Positions 18,738 to 29,248 of a stretch of DNA of 64,000 nt are shown here, one piece after another (position 1 is the stretch's first letter; every line of letters starts with the position of its first letter). The notes below the pieces were generated by a model, which saw only the letters and a list, made by a program, of their open reading frames with translations, ran no database searches and was not told where the DNA came from. A program made the position numbers and the translations under genes. The DNA comes from Candidatus Enterousia sp. Lineage in GTDB: Bacteria; Pseudomonadota; Alphaproteobacteria; Rs-D84. The stretch covers positions 7,519 to 71,518 of the forward strand of contig JAZLAZ010000012.1 in NCBI GenBank assembly GCA_045613445.1, written 5' to 3'.

Positions 18738-19649
18738 ATGGCAAACAAAGAAATATTCCACGAACTAAATCAAACAAGACAACATGATACGCGCGGCCAA
18801 CAGCTGGATTTATTTCAATCCACCCCCATGCTAAATACAACTGATGAATATTGGTTCTTTTCTGATTTACACAATCTGTTTGGCGATATATTTCCTATCA
18901 ACCAAGCAATGGAAAAGACCGCACATGAAAAAATCATATATCCATACGATCCAAATCCAACAAATCAGCAAAAATTTGATTTTTGCACAGGTCACTATGA
19001 CACATTACAACATGCATACAAACTGGATTATCGTGAATTTAAACACGCAACCGATTTGCAACTAACACGATATGCATGTTGGTCTTTCTTATACAACAGA
19101 CCAGAGGCAATATTTGCCCAAACATATTTTATGACACCTGTACTAAATCCAAACATGAGCTTTGATGCAATGAACACAATCGCATCTGAATACAAACGTA
19201 TCAACCTGCGCGAACAGCTATCAAAAGAAGAAAAAAAACTTGCAGGCATACTGAACCACATACACGCTAACTATAAAGACTTTTATAATTTAACATCATT
19301 GGTGTTGTTTAACGGTCTAACATATAACGACATCAAAGAAATACATCATATTCCAAACAAACCAAACGAAACATTATTAGATTATATGGGCAAACACACT
19401 TTACGCGCACGTGTCGCAGCGTTATCTCGCACAATCATACGATACAACATATCATCAGATAAAACATTACAGAATCTAAAAGATATACTATGCGACGAAT
19501 TGCACAACGAACGCGCTGATATGATCAACAGCACCGGCAGACGCCCAGAACAAGATATATCAATACAACATATCGACAAGGTAAAAAAACACCTGAAAGA
19601 AACACAACAGGCGTTTATAAAAAAATATTCAATTCAAAAAATTAGATAA
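18738..19649 (+). CDS. dinD: DinD-like (BRO-related) DNA damage-inducible protein
   Basis: LQLTRYACW, AIFAQTYF, RINLREQLSKEEKKL and LLDYMG resemble DinD motifs; divergent. Confidence 0.65.
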   Translation: MANKEIFHELNQTRQHDTRGQQLDLFQSTPMLNTTDEYWFFSDLHNLFGDIFPINQAMEKTAHEKIIYPYDPNPTNQQKFDFCTGHYDTLQHAYKLDYREFKHATDLQLTRYACWSFLYNRPEAIFAQTYFMTPVLNPNMSFDAMNTIASEYKRINLREQLSKEEKKLAGILNHIHANYKDFYNLTSLVLFNGLTYNDIKEIHHIPNKPNETLLDYMGKHTLRARVAALSRTIIRYNISSDKTLQNLKDILCDELHNERADMINSTGRRPEQDISIQHIDKVKKHLKETQQAFIKKYSIQKIR

Positions 19650-19658
19650 TATAAAAAT

Positions 19659-19686
19659 AAAAATCCGGCGATGCCGGATTTTTTTT
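19659..19686. terminator. Bidirectional intrinsic terminator
   Basis: AAAA-TCCGGC-GAT-GCCGGA-T tract. Confidence 0.8.
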
Positions 19687-19688
19687 AA

Positions 19689-20039
19689 TTACCATGCTTT
19701 GAATTCTTCCATACAGTTCAATGAACCGCCAGGTTCAGCCGCATTCATCAAGAAAGTTATTACCATCCCCACACCAAACAATAACACAAAACCAACCAGC
19801 AGACCAATACCCTTTGTCTGAACGTCTTTTAATTCAACTTTACCCTTAGAAATATAATCCCAAGCCCATCCAGCGATTGTAAAGCCTGCACCAATAAATG
19901 CCAATGTACGCAACATACCCAACAGACTACCCAATTCTCTGACCAAGTCGCATATACCATCACCAGCCGCCATCGCAGGCGCCATACTTGCCATCAAACC
20001 AACGATTGCAAAATTTGCTTTATTCATAATTTTTTTCAT
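19689..20039 (-). CDS. TrbC/VirB2-family pilin-like protein
   Basis: Long signal peptide ending PAMA followed by two hydrophobic helices with a short basic loop; 116 aa. Confidence 0.6.
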   Translation of the reverse strand: MKKIMNKANFAIVGLMASMAPAMAAGDGICDLVRELGSLLGMLRTLAFIGAGFTIAGWAWDYISKGKVELKDVQTKGIGLLVGFVLLFGVGMVITFLMNAAEPGGSLNCMEEFKAW

Positions 20040-20134
20040 AGAAACCCCTTTTCTTTTACCGATATTTTATCACAAAAATCAATTCAATTCAAACAAATAA
20101 AAACAAAATAAAACCCGCCGTATGGCGGGATTTA

Positions 20135-20479
20135 TTATTTAACAAAAACATATTTTTTTGTTGTCTTTTTCTGACAGCAACCACAATCTGACTTCGCTGT
20201 CTTTGGCGCAACCGTTGTCAAAACCTGACGTTCTGTGCGTTGTGCTTGACCTGCAACATCGTTCAGATACAAATCACGGCACATTGTGTTGCGATAAACA
20301 ATTTCTTTATCGGCATTTAATTCACGAATATCAGACGAATAACGATATCCCGCTTCTGCTGATGTAAAGATGCAATCTTCGCCATCTTGTACATATCGAA
20401 CATCGCCCTTGTAATAATCATAAGAAGAACAACCGGCCAGAACAACTAAACCGAATAATGCAAACAAAGTTTTTTTCAT
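20135..20479 (-). CDS. Hypothetical lipoprotein
   Basis: MKK...LAGC lipobox. Confidence 0.75.
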   Translation of the reverse strand: MKKTLFALFGLVVLAGCSSYDYYKGDVRYVQDGEDCIFTSAEAGYRYSSDIRELNADKEIVYRNTMCRDLYLNDVAGQAQRTERQVLTTVAPKTAKSDCGCCQKKTTKKYVFVK

Positions 20480-20630
20480 TTTTTTACCCTTTGTAAAATT
20501 ACCGTTTTCTCTGTCCGGCCCCCGATTCGTAATAATTGTTACAAAAAATCATCAATTGTCAAGAAAAGCACATAAATATCCAAGGAAAAATAATAAAAAA
20601 CATGCTATAATCTGACCAAAGGGGATTTTT

Positions 20631-21581
20631 ATGAAATACACAGAACTGGGACTGGTTAACACAAAGCAAATGTTCAGCAACGCAATCGCAGGCGGATATG
20701 CGATACCTGCATTTAACATATATAATATGGAAACATTATCTGCAGTACTGGACGCAGCACGCAACATACACAGTCCTGTTATATTATCTGTATCGGAATC
20801 AGCCTTGAAATATATGGGTGCCGATATGCTGATTGGTATGATACGTGGCGCAAACATTGAACCACACGAACAAATCGCCCTGCATCTGGATCATGGCGGC
20901 AGTATTGACGCATGCGCACACGCAATCAAAATCGGTTTTTCATCAGTCATGATTGATGCCAGTAAAATGCCATTTGAAGAAAACATCGAAATATCAAAAT
21001 CTGTCGCAGATATCGCACACAAACATAATGTAACTGTCGAAGCAGAATTAGGTACCCTTGGTGGAATTGAAGACGAAAACACATTTGGAACCGTCGGATA
21101 CACCAATCCCGCCGATGTCGAAAAATTTGTAAAAGAAACAAATATAGATTCGCTAGCAATCGCAATTGGAACCAATCATGGTGCATATAAAAGAAAGCAC
21201 GCAACCGAAGAATTACGCTTTGACATATTGGCAGAAATCGCAACCAGACTGCCAAAGTTCCCATTAGTTCTGCATGGCGCATCAAATATTCCACAAAAAC
21301 TAATCAGCACAATAAATGAATTTGGCGGAAAAATATCAGGTGCACTGGGAATCGATGAGACCCAACTGCGTCGCGCAACAAAAATGAACATTTGCAAAAT
21401 AAATGTAGACAGCGACCTGCGTTTGGCATTTACAGCCGGTGTTCGAAAATCATTATTCGAAAACCCAAATAACTTTAACCCACGTGATTATTTAAAATCA
21501 GCAAAACAAACCATGACACAAATATGCATTGACGAAATAAAAAATATCATGGGTTCTGATGAAAAAATCACAAACAAGTGA
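20631..21581 (+). CDS. fba: Class II fructose-bisphosphate aldolase
   Basis: YAIPAFN, HLDHG, VMIDAS, VEAELG, GTNHG, LVLHGAS, KINVDSD. Confidence 0.93.
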   Translation: MKYTELGLVNTKQMFSNAIAGGYAIPAFNIYNMETLSAVLDAARNIHSPVILSVSESALKYMGADMLIGMIRGANIEPHEQIALHLDHGGSIDACAHAIKIGFSSVMIDASKMPFEENIEISKSVADIAHKHNVTVEAELGTLGGIEDENTFGTVGYTNPADVEKFVKETNIDSLAIAIGTNHGAYKRKHATEELRFDILAEIATRLPKFPLVLHGASNIPQKLISTINEFGGKISGALGIDETQLRRATKMNICKINVDSDLRLAFTAGVRKSLFENPNNFNPRDYLKSAKQTMTQICIDEIKNIMGSDEKITNK

Positions 21582-21617
21582 TTAGTGGGAAATTGTTAGA
21601 GTGATTTAGATAAAAAG

Positions 21618-21663
21618 AAATCGGGAACCGTAGTGTACAGACGCTACATGAGATTCCCGATTT
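21618..21663. other. Conserved bulged hairpin element, copy 1
   Basis: AAA-TCGGGAACCGTAGTGTACAGACGCTACATGAGATTCCCGA-TTT; aligns without gaps to 33728..33773. Confidence 0.75.
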
Positions 21664-21686
21664 ATTTTTAGATGAATTATTATAAT

Positions 21687-22256
21687 TTATTTTGCGCGTT
21701 CTACATATTCTAATGTTTCAGTATTTACAACAATCTTTTCACCTTGTTCAATAAATAACGGAACTTGAACACGAACACCATTATCTAAAATAGCAGGTTT
21801 GCCACCACTGGATGAAACAGTCTGACCTTTTAATGCTGGTTCTGTTTCTTCAACAGTTGCAACAACTGTTTTTGGCAATGAAATCGATACTGGCTGACCT
21901 TCGACAAAGTTCGCTTTGACAACCATTTCTGGTGCCAAGAACTTCATTGATTCACCCAATGATTCAACAGGCATTGTAAACTGTTCATAATCAGATAAAT
22001 TCATAAAGAACGCATCTGTACCATCTGCATACAAATATTGACAGTCAAAATCTTCGACCATCAATTTTTCAACCTTGTCTTCTGCACGCCAACGGTCGCC
22101 ACCCTTGTTACCAGAATCAATATCGCGCAAGTCTGCCTGAACAAATGCACCGCCCTTGCCTGGTTTAACCTTGGTAATAGATGTAACAGAATAACGTTTA
22201 CCATTATGTGAAATCACCCAACCAACACGCATATCATTTGCAATATAAGATGCCAT
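21687..22256 (-). CDS. efp: Translation elongation factor P
   Basis: VKPGKGGAF, KPAILDNG, VQVPLFI, YVERAK. Confidence 0.96.
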   Translation of the reverse strand: MASYIANDMRVGWVISHNGKRYSVTSITKVKPGKGGAFVQADLRDIDSGNKGGDRWRAEDKVEKLMVEDFDCQYLYADGTDAFFMNLSDYEQFTMPVESLGESMKFLAPEMVVKANFVEGQPVSISLPKTVVATVEETEPALKGQTVSSSGGKPAILDNGVRVQVPLFIEQGEKIVVNTETLEYVERAK

Positions 22257-22323
22257 AATAAATACCCCTTGTTTTATTTAACTGTTTGATTATACGATTG
22301 AACAAATTCAACGCAAGAACTTT

Positions 22324-22866
22324 TTACTGTGTGTTACGTTTATGCGCCCAATATCTGTCGATACTGTCCATTATCAATTTATCTGCCGCCTCTCTATCTG
22401 CCCAACCAATAACCTTGGACCAAGCATGTGGCTGCAAATCTTTATAATGCTGAAAGAAATATTTTATTTTTGAACGCAAAATTGCTGGCAACTGTTCAAT
22501 AAATTCTGTATCTGTATAGAACGGGTCAACCTTGTCGCGTGGCACACAAATAATCTTTTCATCACCACCTGCCTGATCTTCCATCAACAGTGCACCAATG
22601 GGCCGAACCTCAATCAAAGTACCTGGGCGCAGTGGCGCATTACAAACAACAACACAATCCAATGGATCGCCATCATCACCCAATGTACCTGGAAAATACC
22701 CATAATTCGCAGGATACGCCATTGGCGCATGCAAAATTCTGTCGGCTTTTAACAGCCCTGTCTCCTTATCGATTTCATATTTTACATACCCACCTTCGGC
22801 CACCTCTATAATCGCATTCATTTTCTTTGGCGGCATTGTTCCTGGTACTATTTCATCTAAAACCAT
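22324..22866 (-). CDS. ppa: Inorganic pyrophosphatase (family I)
   Basis: KYEIDK, YPANYG, DGDPLD, DEKIIC, FFQHYK. Start placed at ATG 22866. Confidence 0.93.
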   Translation of the reverse strand: MVLDEIVPGTMPPKKMNAIIEVAEGGYVKYEIDKETGLLKADRILHAPMAYPANYGYFPGTLGDDGDPLDCVVVCNAPLRPGTLIEVRPIGALLMEDQAGGDEKIICVPRDKVDPFYTDTEFIEQLPAILRSKIKYFFQHYKDLQPHAWSKVIGWADREAADKLIMDSIDRYWAHKRNTQ

Positions 22867-22970
22867 ACTATTTCCTTTTTTGTTCACGGTTCATAAGGGT
22901 ATCACAAAAATTTTAATTTGCAATTATTGCCAAAATAAAAACCGCTGTCTGCGGTTTTTATTTTTTTGTT

Positions 22971-24089
22971 TTACATTCTCATCGGCATCAATACATACAA
23001 CGCATCAGTATCTTTGTCCGTAGAATTTATTTTTGTTGGTGCCAACGGATCTTGCATTTCCATCTGGAATTTTTCACCTTCGACCTGACCCGCAACATCT
23101 AGCAAGAACTTTACATTAAATACAACAGTAAATGATGCATCACCATTATATTCAATATCTAATTCTTGGGTTGCTGTACCTGCATCTGGGCTGGACGCAT
23201 TGATAACCAACTTGTTCATACTGAAAGTCAATTGAACTGATTTTGTTTTATCAATACTGGCCACAGAAACCAAATCAACAGCATTGATAAACTGTTTTCT
23301 GTCCAAGATTGCAATCTTGTCATTACCCTTTGGAATAACAACACGATAATTTGGATATTGGGCATCAACCAATTTGCTGGTCAAAATTGCAGCTCCAACT
23401 GTAAAGCGTGCCTTGGTATCAGATAATTCAACCATAACATCATCAACATTTGCATCTTCCAACAGCTTTGACAATTCACCAATTACGCGACGCGGCAAAA
23501 TCACTGCTGGCATTTCTGCACTGCCGGCAGGCGCTGGCATTGCACACAGTGCCATACGCTGTGCATCTGTTGCAACTGCTGTCAATTTTGGTTCACCACT
23601 ATCATCAGAAATATGGAAATAAATCCCCCCCAAATGATAACGCACATCATCTGTTGGGATTGCAAATTTTGTCTGATTTATCAAGTGTGCCAAATCCCCT
23701 GTTGTCATTTGGAATTTAGTAGTCAAATTGCTGCCCGCCATTGCTGGGAAATTTTCTGCCGGCAATGTTGGCAAACGAAATACTGCACGACCGCTGGACA
23801 CAACCAACTGATCACCAGACTGCTTAAAAGATATTTCTGCATCATCAGGCAATTTACGAACAATATCATACAACATCTGTACAGGAACAGTTGTCTTACC
23901 ACCCAATGTGATATCTGCAGCTACATGTTCAACCAATTCTAAATCAACATTTGTCGCAGACAGGATTAAATCATCTGCAACTTCTAATTTAACATTCATC
24001 AATATCGGCAGTGTTGCACGCTTTTCCACAATGGACTGCATATGTCCCAGCGCACGTATCAAAACCTGACGAAATACTGAAAATTCCAT
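22971..24089 (-). CDS. dnaN: DNA polymerase III beta sliding clamp
   Basis: LPILMNVK, VATDAQRMA, YPNYRVVIP, YVLMPMR; 372 aa. Confidence 0.95.
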   Translation of the reverse strand: MEFSVFRQVLIRALGHMQSIVEKRATLPILMNVKLEVADDLILSATNVDLELVEHVAADITLGGKTTVPVQMLYDIVRKLPDDAEISFKQSGDQLVVSSGRAVFRLPTLPAENFPAMAGSNLTTKFQMTTGDLAHLINQTKFAIPTDDVRYHLGGIYFHISDDSGEPKLTAVATDAQRMALCAMPAPAGSAEMPAVILPRRVIGELSKLLEDANVDDVMVELSDTKARFTVGAAILTSKLVDAQYPNYRVVIPKGNDKIAILDRKQFINAVDLVSVASIDKTKSVQLTFSMNKLVINASSPDAGTATQELDIEYNGDASFTVVFNVKFLLDVAGQVEGEKFQMEMQDPLAPTKINSTDKDTDALYVLMPMRM

Positions 24090-24191
24090 TATACGCTCCT
24101 GTTTCCTTTTACTTATATGTGTTGTTTCCTACACTCGTCGTTTACAGTGTATCAAAAAACACCGATTCGGTGCAAGACCAAAAGAATACAA

Positions 24192-26267
24192 TTAAATGTC
24201 TTTATCTGTAACTGTTTTTAATACAGTTCCCATCAATTCTGAAATATCCGTTCTCATCCATTCTGGATCATCTTGATACAACGGTGCACCTTTTTTAAGT
24301 GCTGTTTCACATGGATGTGCATCTGCCAACCAGTTTTCCAATAAATCACCTGCAACAAATCCAATTCCTGCCCCCGCAACCAAACTCAACCCTCCCGTCA
24401 ATGGCGCCAACAACAAACCAATCCCAGTGGCAGACGCAACCTTACTGGCAACTGCTGCACCACTGACTTTTATAGCAGGTTCTGCCAAATCACCCGACAG
24501 TTCGATTGAATTTACCACCTTGCCCGTCAGCGACAATTTCAGCCCACGCACAGGCACGGTGGTCAATGCTAAATTCATCTTTTCTGCACCCAAATCCATA
24601 TTACCTGCCAATCGTACATTTATCGCATTTGTTTCAATTGCAAAACCATTTTGTGTTTCAAATACACCGTTACGTAATTTCGCATTTAATGCCAAACAAG
24701 ATATTTTTATTTGATTGTATTTTTTTTCTGAATTAAACAAATCTTGAATACTATGACGCAAACTGGTCAAGAAATCAGTTCCATACATATATGCAACCAA
24801 ATCAGAATGCGCATATCCTTTATCAACAGAATACACATACACAGGCCCGGTTATTGTTTGCATAACTTCTGTCAGATTTTTACCATAAGCCTTTACATAC
24901 AAATCAATATTTACTGGCAAATCAGAAATAAAATTATTTACATTTATTTCGCTTAAAATTTCACCGACATAAATATGTTTTCCAACAAACGCAACATCTG
25001 CATTCAGCTGTCCATCTGGATTCACGATTCCATCAATTCCAAAAGTAACCTCGCCTTCTGCAATAGACAGATTCGAATCAACACGCAATTTATTATCTAC
25101 AACATTCAACACCAAACCCAAATTTTGAATATTCAAATTTTTATACATTACAAAATCATCAAGTTTGATATCTAAATTTATCTTTTTATTATACAAGAAT
25201 TCACCAAACAACGGTGTATTTTTGAATACATTTAATTTTCGATTCGGCTTTACATGAACACGCCCATACATATTTGGGAACAACGTCGACAAATTCAAGC
25301 GATGCGAATGTACACTTGCATTTATAACAGGCACATTTTTTCCCCAATTAAATTCACCAGAAACAGTAAATTCATTATTGTTTATACGCACAGCAGATTT
25401 TCGCAAAGTAATTTTTTTTCTATCAAATCCACCTGCTATATTCACCTGCATACTACGTACTTCTGGTAATTTCATACCAAAGAACCCCGCAACAGTATTC
25501 ACATCTGGCATATCACCTTTGATAACAAAATCTATTGGCATTTTACTTGTTCCTTCCAACGCAACATTTGCTATCAGCGCCTGTCCCTTGGTAGAAATAG
25601 CGATTCGCACAGGATAAATTTTTCTACTGTCATTATATTCCGATAATTCAACAATAAATGGCGAAACATCATTATCCAATTTTATCCAACCAGAATATTG
25701 TCTTTTATCTTCTTCTGGCATCATTCTGACATTCAATCCAGACAATGAATATTTTTTGCCTAAAATATTTGCATTTAATTTTTTTATTTCCACACCACCC
25801 AATCCAAAGTCTTTGAATGGATATTTGTCCATTTTTTTATCATTTGCATCAGACTTTTTATCCAAGGATGGCAAAGAATAATTTCCATCTGTATTTTGTT
25901 CTATATTCAAATTCACATCGTACATTTTTACATTTTGAATTGTTGGTCTGTCACGAAACAAAGATATTAAATTGATACGCACATCCACACGGTCTGCCAT
26001 ATATGCATATTTATTTTTTGCCCAACTTGGATTTTCGATATACACCTTATTCAATTCAATTCTTGGTTGCAACGAAAGTCGCCATGCAACATCACCATCA
26101 ACATGCACCGGCAACCCAGTTGAATCCTGTAACACAGATATAACACTGTTGCGCAATGTTTCCAGATTTATTTGACTAAGCGCCACAACCAACGCCACCA
26201 CCAAACCAACAACAATTATGGTCAACATTCGCACAATTGGAAAAAACAAACTTTTTCTTACAATCAT
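24192..26267 (-). CDS. AsmA family protein
   Basis: N-terminal TM, GDVAWRLSLQPRIEL, C-terminal AsmA-like segment (ETNAINVRLAGNMDL...ELSGDLAEP). Confidence 0.7.
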   Translation of the reverse strand: MIVRKSLFFPIVRMLTIIVVGLVVALVVALSQINLETLRNSVISVLQDSTGLPVHVDGDVAWRLSLQPRIELNKVYIENPSWAKNKYAYMADRVDVRINLISLFRDRPTIQNVKMYDVNLNIEQNTDGNYSLPSLDKKSDANDKKMDKYPFKDFGLGGVEIKKLNANILGKKYSLSGLNVRMMPEEDKRQYSGWIKLDNDVSPFIVELSEYNDSRKIYPVRIAISTKGQALIANVALEGTSKMPIDFVIKGDMPDVNTVAGFFGMKLPEVRSMQVNIAGGFDRKKITLRKSAVRINNNEFTVSGEFNWGKNVPVINASVHSHRLNLSTLFPNMYGRVHVKPNRKLNVFKNTPLFGEFLYNKKINLDIKLDDFVMYKNLNIQNLGLVLNVVDNKLRVDSNLSIAEGEVTFGIDGIVNPDGQLNADVAFVGKHIYVGEILSEINVNNFISDLPVNIDLYVKAYGKNLTEVMQTITGPVYVYSVDKGYAHSDLVAYMYGTDFLTSLRHSIQDLFNSEKKYNQIKISCLALNAKLRNGVFETQNGFAIETNAINVRLAGNMDLGAEKMNLALTTVPVRGLKLSLTGKVVNSIELSGDLAEPAIKVSGAAVASKVASATGIGLLLAPLTGGLSLVAGAGIGFVAGDLLENWLADAHPCETALKKGAPLYQDDPEWMRTDISELMGTVLKTVTDKDI

Positions 26268-27235
26268 GGCAATTTAAATTCCAAAAACCTCATTACCGGT
26301 ACCATAAAGTCAGGTACCGTTGCCCGCAATGTCATCATACGCCCTGTTGACGGATGCTGAAAAGTTATCTTATACGCGAACAAGAACAAATTATTCGTTT
26401 GTAGCATTGATTGCAAAATTGTATCTATACGTCTACTTCTGCCATATAAATCATCCCCAACAATTGGTGCATTTAATGAAAAGGCACTATGTAATCTTAG
26501 CTGATGTGTACGACCTGTCTTTGGTGAAAATTGCACCCAAGATAAACTAGATGTTGCATTTGACAACACACGATATTCTGTTATTGCACGTTGTGGTCTG
26601 GGACCTGTACCTTTATTCAGTCTTACCCCTTCTTCAAACACCTGCCCCTTTAATACAAAATTATCAATTGTTCCTGTTTTTGGATGAACATCTCCATTTA
26701 GCAACGCCAAATATTCTTTATGCGCTTTTTTATTTTGAAAAGCGTCAGATAAGAACTGTGCAGCACGCTGATTTTTTGCAACAACCAATACTCCACTTGT
26801 TTCTTTATCCAATCTATGCACTAATGATATTTTATCATATGGGAACAAAGCTGCAGCCATTTTATCAACAGACTTTCTGACACCCGTCCCCCCCTGAACA
26901 GCCAATCCAGCAGGTTTATTAAACACAACAATATCTTCATCATTGTGAATGATACATTGACGCAATTTTTCCAGATCTGCCAAAGAAAAATGATTACCAC
27001 TTTCTGTTTTCTTTTCGCGTTCTTCTGTATACGACAATACCGTTGGTGGGACACGCACAGCATCACCCGTACGCAATATTTCTTGTCCCTTGACACGTTT
27101 AGAATTTACACGAATTTGTCCACCACGACACAATTTATAAAATTCGCGTTGCGGCATAGATGGAAAATGTCGCAAGAACCAACGCAACAAACGAACACCA
27201 TCTTCTACTTTTGAAATCTCTATAAATTCCGCCAT
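26264..27235 (-). CDS. rluC: RluA-family pseudouridine synthase with S4 domain (RluC-like)
   Basis: S4 domain RGGQIRVN, NKPAGLAVQGG, HRLDKETSG, TGRTHQLR. Confidence 0.85.
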   Translation of the reverse strand: MAEFIEISKVEDGVRLLRWFLRHFPSMPQREFYKLCRGGQIRVNSKRVKGQEILRTGDAVRVPPTVLSYTEEREKKTESGNHFSLADLEKLRQCIIHNDEDIVVFNKPAGLAVQGGTGVRKSVDKMAAALFPYDKISLVHRLDKETSGVLVVAKNQRAAQFLSDAFQNKKAHKEYLALLNGDVHPKTGTIDNFVLKGQVFEEGVRLNKGTGPRPQRAITEYRVLSNATSSLSWVQFSPKTGRTHQLRLHSAFSLNAPIVGDDLYGRSRRIDTILQSMLQTNNLFLFAYKITFQHPSTGRMMTLRATVPDFMVPVMRFLEFKLP

Positions 27236-27265
27236 ACAAAATCCTTGACTACAATTCTGGCAAAA

Positions 27266-27730
27266 TTATTCACCAAAAACAATCTGAACAGAATTTGTCC
27301 CATTTGTACCAGTACAATTTCCTGTTGCACCACCAGTTTTTCCATCTGACAATTTGTAACCAACAGAATCGGACCATGCTTTTGCAACCAAAGACTTACA
27401 TTCTGATTGCCCCAAGCCATCAATTGTGACTATGAATTGACGTGGATTAGATGGATTTACTGTCAACACATACGAACCACCATACGGATTCTTATCCGAC
27501 ATTCCAATTACACTAAAAATCGAAGAACCGTTCATACTGGAAAAATCATCATATTCTGCATGAATATTGCGCACCATTGTAACCATCTGGACGACTTCGT
27601 CATTGACCGCTGTCAATTTTTGTGTACGCATTGCAGTTGAAATCATACCAATTGCCCCAACAGTTATAACCCCCATAATTGCCAACACACCCAACATTTC
27701 AATCATTGAACGACCAGATTCTTGATTCAT
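27266..27730 (-). CDS. Type IV pilin-like protein with class III signal peptide
   Basis: MNQESG|RSMIEMLGVLAIMGVITVG: Gly at -1, Glu at +5, hydrophobic helix, C-terminal Cys pair. Confidence 0.75.
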   Translation of the reverse strand: MNQESGRSMIEMLGVLAIMGVITVGAIGMISTAMRTQKLTAVNDEVVQMVTMVRNIHAEYDDFSSMNGSSIFSVIGMSDKNPYGGSYVLTVNPSNPRQFIVTIDGLGQSECKSLVAKAWSDSVGYKLSDGKTGGATGNCTGTNGTNSVQIVFGE

Positions 27731-27781
27731 AGAAAAACCTCTTATTTGCTATTTACTTATTTATATTCTATCATAAATGAT

Positions 27782-29209
27782 ATGAATATTCAATTTTCTG
27801 ATTTAATAGAAAACGCACCCGCAGCCCCTGGCGTATACAAAATGTACGACGGGGACGGTAATTTGTTATATGTAGGCAAAGCAAAGAACTTATCAAACCG
27901 CCTTCGTCAATATCTGGACATATCAAAACTAGAATTACACAAACAGGTTATGCGTACTCTTGTCACGCATGTTGATTGGGAAACCGTCCCAACGGAATCT
28001 GACGCATTATTGCGCGAACAAGAACTGATCAAGACTGAAAAACCAAAATACAACATAATGCTGACTGATGGAAAAATGTACCCTATGCTGGCACTGACCA
28101 ACAGCGAATTTCCACGACTGTTAAAATTCCGTGGAAAAATATCTCAGCGTCGTGATGTATATGGTCCATATCCATCTGTATCTGCATTGAATGAAACAAT
28201 TAAAACTATACAGAAAGTTTGCCAAATCAGAACCTGTACAGACACACAGATGCACAATCGCACGCGCCCATGTTTACTGTATCAAATCGGACGATGCAGT
28301 GGCCCATGTTGTTATCCAGACAAAGAAAAATACGCTGAAAACATTCGTACAGCGCGCAAAATTTTAACTGGCAACAGTCAACCAATCATAAATGATTTAA
28401 CAGAACAAATGCGTCAACTTGCAAAAAACACCGATTATGAAAACGCTGCAATTATACGCGACAAAATCGCCGCATTGACACACACATCAAATCGTGGCAT
28501 ACGACAGAAACAACCGTATACATCAAATATAGACTGGAAAAAAAATGTATTAAATCTTGAACAATGGCTTGGATTAAAAATCAATCTTGTCGGTGTATTT
28601 GACAATTCACATTTATTTGGAAAAAATCCAGTCGGTGCAATGATAGCATTTGGACATGACGGGTTTATAAAATCTGGTTACAGACATTTCAAATTACATG
28701 ACAAAACACGCGCAGGTAACGACATTGCAATGATGTCAGAATTTATCGAACGCGCAATTACACGCGGTCCAAAACTTGATTTAATAATTGTGGATGGCGG
28801 TCCTGCACAATGGAATATCGCCAACCGTCGCGCAAACGGCATTCCTGTTATTGGTGTAACCAAAGGCACTGTTCGCGATGGTGACGAGCACTTTATTCTA
28901 CCTGACGGTCGTGAATATTTTGACATGCCAAAAGACAGTCCACTGTTTTTAATGTTGCGTACTGTTCGTGATGAAGCACACAGATTTGTAATTACATATC
29001 ATAGAAATGTTCGCGCAAAACAAATGACCGCATCAGTACTGGACGAAATAGACGGAATTGGGCCAACCAGAAAACGCACATTATTACAACACTTTGGCTC
29101 TGTTCACGCCATCATGGACGCAGATATAAACGCATTAAAACATGTCCCTGGTCTTGGGAAATTCGCTGCAGAAAAAATATATGCCCATTTCCATACAGAA
29201 GTGATATAA
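27782..29209 (+). CDS. uvrC: Excinuclease ABC subunit C (compact form)
   Basis: GIY-YIG (GVYKM...YVGKAKNL), RPCLLYQIGRCSGPC, FDNSH, IVDGG, RDEAHRF, HhH motifs. Start placed at ATG 27782. Confidence 0.92.
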   Translation: MNIQFSDLIENAPAAPGVYKMYDGDGNLLYVGKAKNLSNRLRQYLDISKLELHKQVMRTLVTHVDWETVPTESDALLREQELIKTEKPKYNIMLTDGKMYPMLALTNSEFPRLLKFRGKISQRRDVYGPYPSVSALNETIKTIQKVCQIRTCTDTQMHNRTRPCLLYQIGRCSGPCCYPDKEKYAENIRTARKILTGNSQPIINDLTEQMRQLAKNTDYENAAIIRDKIAALTHTSNRGIRQKQPYTSNIDWKKNVLNLEQWLGLKINLVGVFDNSHLFGKNPVGAMIAFGHDGFIKSGYRHFKLHDKTRAGNDIAMMSEFIERAITRGPKLDLIIVDGGPAQWNIANRRANGIPVIGVTKGTVRDGDEHFILPDGREYFDMPKDSPLFLMLRTVRDEAHRFVITYHRNVRAKQMTASVLDEIDGIGPTRKRTLLQHFGSVHAIMDADINALKHVPGLGKFAAEKIYAHFHTEVI

Positions 29210-29248
29210 TTACACTATTCATATATTTATAACCAAAGGAGAAATTAT

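Noticed and set aside
18304-18761. Minus-strand ORFs upstream of tolB, including a 19-aa hydrophobic peptide
   Set aside because: They are shadows of the RHH gene and its promoter, with no RBS.
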